A stretch of 64,000 bases of DNA from Verrucomicrobiota bacterium (GTDB taxonomy: Bacteria; Verrucomicrobiota; Verrucomicrobiia; Limisphaerales; BJHT01): positions 1,035 to 65,034 of the forward strand of contig BJHT01000005.1 of the NCBI GenBank assembly GCA_014193395.1, in the 5' to 3' direction. A program made the translations under genes and the position numbers. Below the pieces are notes generated by a model. It saw only the letters and a program-made list of their open reading frames with translations. It was not told the origin of the DNA and did no database searches. Below, piece after piece: positions 61,501-64,000 of the stretch; position 1 is the first letter of the stretch; every line of letters begins with the position of its first letter.

Positions 61501-63954
61501 ACCCGCCACCGCCGTGCGGTCGCTGGTCGCATAATCCACCACGAGCGGCAACAGGTTTCCGCCCGTGCGGCGCGCGGTCACGATCACCACGCCGCCGGCG
61601 GCATTTTCATTGACCGAAAAGCTGGCCGCGACGAACTCGACATTGCCGGGACGATTCAGCGGCGGCGGCGGATTGCCGCCGATGAGCCGCGCCACGTTCT
61701 GCCGTTGCAGCACGTCGCTCGGGCTCGGTCCGCCGCCGACGGTGTCGAAGCTGCCGCCCACAACGACGTTCGTGTCCGGATGCAACGCCACCGACAGCAC
61801 CAGGCCGTTGGGGCCTTGCGAAGTCTGGTTGTAGTAGGAATCCAAGAAGCTCGTGTCCAACGTCCCGTCCGCATTCAACCTCGCCAAGTTGTTCCGCACC
61901 ACGCCGTCGAACGCCGAGAACTGCCCGGCAATCAGGATCGCCCCATTCGCCTGGATCACGATGTCGAACACCGATCCCTCCACCGCCGCGCCTGGATCAA
62001 ACGTGGCATCCAGCGTCCCGTTCGGATTCACGCGGACGATGGACCGGCGGCTCGCGCCATCAAACGCATTGAACGAACCGCCCAGCAAACTCGCGCCGTT
62101 CGCCTGCACCGCGATCGCAAATACAATCCCGTCAATCCCCGCCACCGGCGCAAACGTTCCGTCCACCGTACCATCCGCATTCAGTCGCACGATGCCGTTG
62201 GCCGCGACACCGTTGAACGTGGAGAACGCGCCGCCCACGAGAATCTTGGACGGCCCACCGCCGGCCCCCGGCACAATCGCCACCGCGAGCAGCGAGCCAT
62301 CCGACCCCAACCCCGCATCGAAAGTCACATCGACGGAACCGTTGGCATTCAAACGCGCCACCTGCCGGCGCGTCTCGCCGCCCGCCGCGGTGAAATCACC
62401 TACGACCACCACTTTGCCATCGGGCTGCAGCGCCATCGCCGCCACCGTTCCGTTCAGGCCCTGGCCCGGATCGAACGAAACGTCCGGCAACCCCGTCGCC
62501 AGCAGCCGCGCCACACCGTTGCGCGGGAGGCCATTGATCGCCGCAAATCCGCCCGCCACCAAGATTCTGCCGTCCGGCTGAATCGCGACCGCCGCGACCG
62601 AGCCGTCCGCGCCATCCTGCGGTGCAAAGCTCGGGTCCAAGAAACCGGTCGCATCCAGCCGCGCCAACCGGTTGCGCACGACACCGTTCACGGCCGTGAA
62701 ATCGCCGACCAACACGGTTTTCCCGAAGTTGGGATCGCCGACCACGCTGTTCACCGCGACCGCGCGCACCGTGTTGTTCGCCCCGGGCGTCGGGTTGAAC
62801 GCAGCCACGGGATTGAAGGCGACATCCGCCGCGCCGGCCGGCTGGTCATTGAAATCAATCGTGATCGCCACTGTGCTGGCATTGGGATTGATCAGCGCGC
62901 CGCCGGTGGCGTTGGTCAGGCCGAGCAGGATGACCTCGTTCAATTCCACCAAACCGTCGGCGAGGATGTTGATCGAGATCACCTTGTCCGTGAGATCATT
63001 GGTCGCCCACGAAACCGTGTTGTTGGTGGAGGCAAACGTGTAGTCCAGACCCACGCCCAGCAACGCGTTCGAACTCGAGTTGTTGGTGCTGTTCAACGGC
63101 ACGAGATCGACTGTGACCGCACCAAGCGCCGAGCACAGCCGGCCAATGGTTACGTTGACCACGCTGCCTTCCGGCGCGAGGGACCGGCTGACGGAGCGAA
63201 TGAACAGGGTGCCCGCCAGCGAATCGTTGTCGAAGATCGTGACCGTGGCGTTGCTGATCGCGCCGATGCTGGCACCGAAGGCATTGGTGAGAAAAACCGA
63301 GAACGACTCGTTGCCCTCGACCACGCAGTCATCAATCAGCGGGACCAGAAATGTGGCGAAGGTCTGGCCGTTGGTGAATAGCAGCGTCGTCGCGGTCTGC
63401 ACGAAATCGCTGCCCGCCGTCGCCGTCCCGCTGCGTGTGGCGACCAGCACCGAGGCGGCCCCGGCATTGCCACCGGATCGCTCGAGCGTGATCACGGCGT
63501 TGGGATCGCTCTCGTTGACCACGTAATTCGCCGACGTGAAGGAGATGAGCGTGTCGTTGTCGTAGATCGTCACCACGACATTGGTCCGTCCGAAGACGCC
63601 GCCGACCACGTTGAAGAGATTGACCTCGAAAGTCTCGTGCGCCTCGACGACGGCATCTTCCAAAATGGGCACCACGATGGTCTTGAAAGTCTCCCCGTTG
63701 GTGAACGTGAGCGTGCCGGACACCGCCGTGTAATCCAAGCCGGCCGTCGCGGTCAGGTCAGCCGAAGCATAACTGACCCGCGCCAGGCCGGTCGCCGGCG
63801 AGCGCGTCACCACCAGTGTCACGTTGGTCCCGTTCTCGTTCACCGAGGGACTCCCCGGCACAAAACCGATGGTCTGCGCCTGCGCAAGGAACCCCCCCAG
63901 CAAAAAGGCCGCCACCACCCAAACCAGATAGAACCGTCGCTCGTTCAAAGTCAT
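43534..63954 (-). CDS. Giant (~6800 aa) secreted Calx-beta / delta-60 repeat surface protein
   Basis: Signal peptide; many Calx-beta repeats (F....Y.V.E..G...ITV.R..G..DGTA.AG.DY..I.DD); seven clusters of delta-60 blades (QPDG(K/R)...GG.F..IARLN.DG.LD); C-terminal ..RFYRV domain. Start 63954/63972/63987. Confidence 0.93.
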   Translation of the reverse strand: MTLNERRFYLVWVVAAFLLGGFLAQAQTIGFVPGSPSVNENGTNVTLVVTRSPATGLARVSYASADLTATAGLDYTAVSGTLTFTNGETFKTIVVPILEDAVVEAHETFEVNLFNVVGGVFGRTNVVVTIYDNDTLISFTSANYVVNESDPNAVITLERSGGNAGAASVLVATRSGTATAGSDFVQTATTLLFTNGQTFATFLVPLIDDCVVEGNESFSVFLTNAFGASIGAISNATVTIFDNDSLAGTLFIRSVSRSLAPEGSVVNVTIGRLCSALGAVTVDLVPLNSTNNSSSNALLGVGLDYTFASTNNTVSWATNDLTDKVISINILADGLVELNEVILLGLTNATGGALINPNASTVAITIDFNDQPAGAADVAFNPVAAFNPTPGANNTVRAVAVNSVVGDPNFGKTVLVGDFTAVNGVVRNRLARLDATGFLDPSFAPQDGADGSVAAVAIQPDGRILVAGGFAAINGLPRNGVARLLATGLPDVSFDPGQGLNGTVAAMALQPDGKVVVVGDFTAAGGETRRQVARLNANGSVDVTFDAGLGSDGSLLAVAIVPGAGGGPSKILVGGAFSTFNGVAANGIVRLNADGTVDGTFAPVAGIDGIVFAIAVQANGASLLGGSFNAFDGASRRSIVRVNPNGTLDATFDPGAAVEGSVFDIVIQANGAILIAGQFSAFDGVVRNNLARLNADGTLDTSFLDSYYNQTSQGPNGLVLSVALHPDTNVVVGGSFDTVGGGPSPSDVLQRQNVARLIGGNPPPPLNRPGNVEFVAASFSVNENAAGGVVIVTARRTGGNLLPLVVDYATSDRTAVAGVDYQAVTGTLSWNDQESLATNKTFAVPILNNALVDGNRTFEVVLSNPRSGTPAPTTQPAPGFQRRALVTIIDDDFTAGVFGFAGPVFEVSEAVGNATITIERANGSTGVASVQYATAPGTATAGVDYLSRSGTLTFISGQTKGTFTVPIINDVAPEFEESVLLTLANPTGGATLGLANAVLLIQDNDSGPGSFGSLSFTTNNFSVSETNGFVSVVVRRTSGGVGQVEVDVQTGDVRPVAPGRARANLDYTPVNQHLIFPAGSTNSQTVSIPVSADRLVEGTEVFTVWLTNVAGGARLGYLSNATVSIVDANTYGQLTFSAASYFISENGGTASIRIDRVGGDAEQVAVEYLIVPGTAQLVTNFTTLSNALSGTLLFEDGQTSTNLLISIIDNLLVGPNRTLSVILSNFNKATPGRFTNATLTIFDDESLAADAGALNTGFDTSVGANAPINALLLAAGGKLVIAGQFTGYGGTAINRIARLNPDGRIDVEFQPGTAANGEITALALQADQKLVVGGRFTAFNGANRSYLARLNAEGSLDSTFNIGSGPDNPVFAVAVRTDGRLAVGGSFTTFNGVGRANFVVLTTNGVVDPNFNVGAGVNGQVYAVAVQPDGRVLIGGDFTLVNNTNRARLARFNANGTLDLTFDPGTNGANATVRAITVQPDGKVLVGGSFTNISGTNWNHIARLNADGTPDRSFNPGTGANEDVLALALLPAPDNRILVGGSFTNFNNLGRQYLTRLTTSGAVDPTMNFGLGANAPVFALAIQADQQINVAGAFTQIDGLPRNHLARLLGGDNFGPGEFQFLSVGFTVSENATNATLVVRRVHGAAGAATLTFATANGTATNGVDYTATSGPLVFRDAELFRTILVPVTNNLVSDGDRSFTVTLGSTGGAVLGQPAVATVTILDDDTVLNFSSPTFSVIENVPGARAFITVERLGGSAGSVSVQYLTSTGGTAILYPGAGPVGNANYTNAAGVLTWANGETGGKTFAVGIIDDLLTNANRTINLALFGATNVTARTPITLTGQTNATLTIVDNEFGRGLVGFSQPTFDVSESIAVATITVIRTNGNAGVVTVDFSTGDGTALAGVNYVATSGTLAFADSEPAKTFPVVILSDGLSTTNLSFTVTVSNPTGGAGLGFQDSAVVQILNDDQLVFGGLVFSSTNYVVSEAAGEVILEVQRLGGRSSAVAVFYTTTTNGTATTNDYGPVSGNLFWADQDGGSQFIRVAVTNNNFADADRTVEVVLRNAVGGASIGTPGSTFITITNDDFLAGTLGFSELVFNVTENATNALITVTRTNGTLGIVGASFATLDVTAVAGRDYVATNGFLVFTNGATNATFSVPLTNNVVQDGPRFLAVQLFGLAGGALPGLTGALVRIGDDEGAAGSVDASYLLGSGFNGTVYALAVTTNNLAYVGGDYTTFNGTNHPPLVRLTADGAVDAGFAVPAIVRSGTNAAVRAVALAGTNGVADGRVVFGGLFNTVGGVARTNVARLNANGTLDTNFVANVNNLVNAAAVQNDGRVVLGGQFTVVNGVTRNFVARLNLDGTLDAGFATGLGPNGAVRALVLQPDGKTIIGGEFTAVNGVAASRLARLNTDGSLDATFQGGKWLTNGAVYALALQRDGRILAGGAFVATNGVVHTNLVRLTASGVIEDAYNPFVERNDYVSALALQGNGRAVVGGAFTTFNGLAENRIVRLTTNGTVDVSINFGAGASDYLAAVAVQPDGRLLAGGAFTDFNGTTVGHFVRLFGGENLGSGVLAFATPVFLVSEGATNAVITVLRNGGLANPVTASFTTTNNGTAVAGVDYVATNGVLNFAPGVAAASFLVPVLNDSTNRGDRTVGLALTAVTGGAAFEVPPVAVLAILEDDSLISFASATYSVDESTTNAVITLVRSGGAVGLATVNFSTTTNGTAVAGVNYLPTNRFVVFPPGTNTVTVAVSVLDDGLIVGNLTVGLVLSNAGPTNIVGLDVVTNATLTIVESLNSAGVLNFASTNFVVDEAVGNAVITVVRSGGSLGLVSVQFVTTDGTALAGLDYGSVTGVVSFADGELAKSFLVPVILDQLAETNEFLHLTLLNPSGGTVLGAASQAILTIVNNNLLVFGNLVFTATNYFVSEAAGEAVVTVQRIGGTTNAVSVFYTTTTNGTAPTADFAATNGLLSWAHLQGGDRFIRVPIFNNPFADGDRTVEVELSNATGGADIAAPGRTLITITNDDLTNPGALGFSQLVTGASETNGTVLLTVVRTNGSFGIVTATFTTVDASARAGIDYVATNNVLTFTNGQTTQTFAVVLLDNANQDGTRFFGVRLSGFTGGATGGLTNASVRIADDEGSAGSVDLSYLLGSGFNATVYALAVTTNNLAYVGGDFTAFNGSNRAGLVRLLPDGSLDGGFNLGAVGFTGSNAAVRSVAEYPPDGFTASKVVFGGVFTSLGGVGRTNVARVNPNGSVDTNFVAGTDNLVNAVLVQPDGRVVLGGLFTRVNGISQNFVARLNLDGSLDAGFANGTGPDGAVRALALQPDGKLLIAGEFTSFAGAPASRIARLNADGTLDPTFAGSSWVASGSVQALLRQPDGRILVGGAFVATNGVAHTNLMRLNGDGTVDLSFNPGTGPNEFVGALALQRNGRIVVGGAFTMFNGLPENRIVRLQPDGAVDYSINFGGGANDYLAAVAVQPDGEILIGGAFTNFNGVAVNHYARLTGGENRGAGLLLFGAAGYTVSENATNAVLTVVRTGGLSNVVTVTYATTTNGTAVAGVDYQAVSGVLTLAPGVMTTNIVLPLIDNRSVTSNRTVEVALSGVTGGAALAVPTTAVVTILEDDSAISFVSANYSVGEGATNAVITLTRSGGLVGAVSVNFATTTNGTAVAGVNFVPTNQVVTFPAGSNVVTVAVGVLDDGLVLGNLTVGLSLSNAVPTNFVTLGAVTNAMLTIIESRNAAGVLNFASANFVVDETVGNAVITVVRSAGSLGSISVQYATADGTAQTGLDFTGVSGVLSFADGETAKTFVVPVILDALIEPNEFLNLSLTNPAGGALLGATNRAVVTIVNNNQLIFGTLVFSATNYVVSEAAGEVLLEVQRIGGRTNGIAVFYTTTTNGTATTNDYGPVSGNLLWGNLDGGSRFIRVAITNNNLADADRTVEVVLRNVVGGASIGTPGSTIITITNDDFLAGALGFEQVVFNVTENATNALITVVRTNGINGIVGVSFATVDGTAVNGRDYLATNGFLVFTNGATNQTFTVPVLDNALQDGTRFFGVVLSGFAGGAVPGLTNSLVRIGDDEGPAGSVDGLYALGTGFNGTVYSLAVTTNSQAYVAGDFTAFNGTNRANVVRLNADGSLDAGFDVGAIGFTGSNASVRSVSLVITNGFFTGKAVFGGLFTSVGGAARTNVARVNTDGTVDTNFVASVNNLVNAVAVQNDGRVVLGGLFTRVSGTNRNFIARLNADGSLDTGFSRGLGPNGAVRALVLQPDGRAIIGGEFTTVDGFASSRLARLNADGSFDSTFLGGGWITNGAVYTLVLQRDGRLLVGGAFVATNGVVHTNLVRLDANGVLDGGFNPFVARNDYVSALAVQPDGRVVVGGAFTTFNGLPENRIVRLEANGTVDVTCNFGSGANDYIAALALQFDGKILAGGAFTNFNGTTANHFVRLHGGENLGAGVLAFSAPAYAVTESGTNAVITVVRAGGLSGVVTVGYATTTNGTAVAGVDYRATNGVLTFAPGVTVGSFLVPVFNDFTNRGDRTVGLALTSVTGGAALEVPPTAVLTILDDDSLISFATASYSVGESTTNALITLVRSGGLVGAVSVNFATTTNGTAVAGVNYQPTTQVVTFPAGTNEMTVAVGVFDDGLVLGNLTVGLVLSNAVPTNFVTLGTLTNATLTIIESLNSAGALNFASTNFVVDEAVGDAVITLVRSGGSLGLVSVQYATADGSALAGLDYTSSSGVISFADGETVKSFLVPVILDALVETNEFVNLVLSNPSGGAVLGATNRSILTIVNNNQLSFGSLVFTATNYVVSEAAGNAVLEVRRIGGLTNAVTVFFTTLAGATPTTNETVATTNDYVPVSGILVWGNLDGSSRFIAVPLLNNALVDGSRALEVVLTNVTGGASVGTPGRAFITITNEDALPGALGFAQTVFAAVENGTNATVTVVRTNGITGPVSVSFNTADATAFAGSHYTATNGVLTFTNGQTTQTFAVPLLDNAILDGSRFFQVRLSGFVGAVPGLTNALVRIADDEGAAGSIDSSYTNGLGPDAIVYSLGLQGNGQLIIGGEFNSFDGITRSRVARVNDDGTLDQSFNAGAVSFASGVASIRAVAPHTNGFYAGQVVVAGFFNSIGGRALNHVARLDVNGAVDASFTNSLAGPNNGVYAVAVQADGRVVIGGTFTTVNTTNRSFVARLTATGGVDASFDPQVGPDGPVRAVAIQNDGKVIIGGDFTSVNSLSNWNHLARLNTDGSLDASFVPFGLSITGSVYSVAIQTDGKVLVGGQFLAAGGPGLQTNMGGVVRLNADGSLDTTFFAGTGADDSVSAVAVQPDGKVLLGGSFANVNSIGRSRIARLNADGSLDASLNVGLGANNLVTSLALQGDGKILLGGAFTRFNGATNNYLARLFGGDNVGSGTLAFSAPLYQVSESASNAVVTVTRSGGTFGQVTVALNVTGGTAVPNINYVPLTTNILVFAEGQATADFAIRLLDDHLIRPDQTIVLNLSSAGGGAVLDAITDTTVSIQEKDCLVSFSAAVYNVAENVGNAVITVVRTGGVVENLTVDVATGTNGTALAGTDFTAVVTTVSFTSGQSNATFTVSITDDGLVEGNETIPLTLSIPAAFGSFAAPGQFTNATLVIIDNDGGSGTLGFATNAFSVLETGGSATITVVRTLGRSGAVSVNYATVAVPNGAIGGVVGGPNVDFLLTQGTLAFADGEIVKTFTVPIFADQLIEGDEPLSLTLANPTGGAALGLAAATLTIVDDVVFGGRFEFTSDAFRVGEGETNAVITVRRTGLNAGRATVAFAVSDITAVAGLDYLVTNGSLVFPDAGPGNVPKVQTTNFLVPIIDDSLLEVDEQIRLTLSNPSLGSALGALSSAVLTIVDNDVVLAFSTNRFAVDEDAGNGHVLVVRTGNTNSAVTFQVATRDGSGTNGIDYTGFTNSFAFGPGEIFRDVPVPVLGNTRVDGSRTVNLRLLNPFPTNSVQLGVTNTAVLTILDNDSGFLFSAANFSVGEAAGSAIITVLRTGSLTGTNSVVFQTMDGTALSSSDYQATNGVLRFDAGDTSKSFSVVISDDALPESDETFTVQLSNPQPAGLAFLGALSNATVTILDNDAQVGFALANYAVSEAAGIANISLVRLGATNRAVSVNVSTGVGTATAGADYVATNGPVVFGPGILTNVFNVTVVLDNVVEGSETVPLILSLPSAGVTLGPITTATLTISDNAGTFAFTAAAYIVLEDATNAVLTVVRTSGAAGTVSLTYQTVDGTAIGGSDYVAASGTLVFAPGVLASFIVVPIIDDRLIEPTETFTVTLRIIDPTTGAKLGAFSNATVSILDNDTPSGNDYRFDPTTWITNGSVFSVVAQPDGKLLVGGSFRVVFTNVVVVGGVPVTNYPVLNNIARLNSDGSLDATFNPGAGPNDAVRAMVLQADGKVLIGGDFTYVSQTGYIRNHVARLNADGSLDTSFTPNTGAGGPVIALARQPDGKVLIGGMFSMVVTNVVVSNSVAITNRYALTNIARLNSSGSFDTTFGASNGPNRFLAAADQSVFDIAVQPDGKIVIAGAFTRYNGTNRNYLARLNANGSLDTNFNPGTVLDAAALGVTIQPFDGRIIAVGVFGQSLPPSPFPITNLAVRSFVARFETNGALDTGFAPSIDGSVLTAVLQPNGQIIVAGDFSRVTGVPRSRIARLTPDGLVDLTFDPGAGADGIVYSVTLGLDGKVFLGGDFTHFDGVPRNHVARLNGTPNVAALAPLTATRTGPFQLNLQGLPLGNYRIEATTDFVTWTVVATVTNNLNGQSTFTDPSSPSMRRRFYRVVKL

Positions 63955-64000
63955 GCTATGCCCGCCGATCATCGCGTTTTTTCGCACAGTGTCACCTACA

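Noticed and set aside
48235-63381. Very long plus-strand ORFs (3618 aa and 1412 aa)
   Set aside because: Antisense shadows of the giant gene caused by its codon bias; Arg/His-rich with no domain motifs.

Overview
GC-rich bacterial window. Gene families and intergenic repeat style suggest Verrucomicrobiota or another PVC-group organism (inference). 1-36.5 kb is a mostly minus-strand accessory region of secreted, putatively glycan-active proteins (BNR/sialidase-like, tandem SGNH, double alpha/beta-hydrolase, triple beta-helix, PmoA/DUF6807-TPR, GH42-like, two tandem heparinase II/III-like paralogs), followed by a sugar-catabolic cluster (DapA-like aldolase, GNAT, epimerase, two Gfo/Idh/MocA, SDR, MFS, TIM-barrel isomerase). 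Next come tRNA-Tyr(GTA), ffh, a GH66-like/GATase1-HEAT pair, and a 20.4-kb gene for a ~6800-aa Calx-beta/delta-60 surface protein. The most unusual signal is intergenic. Most gaps over 100 bp hold palindromic elements: REP doublets, ACCAC-anchored triple 9-10-bp repeats, GRC-N5-AAT 14-15-bp repeats and MITE-like TIRs, often nested. Most co-directional gaps are spanned by a short 'bridging' ORF positioned for translational coupling, sometimes between duplicated start-codon regions. No transposase, integrase or Cas gene was seen. All calls are by eye from motifs; no database searches were run.
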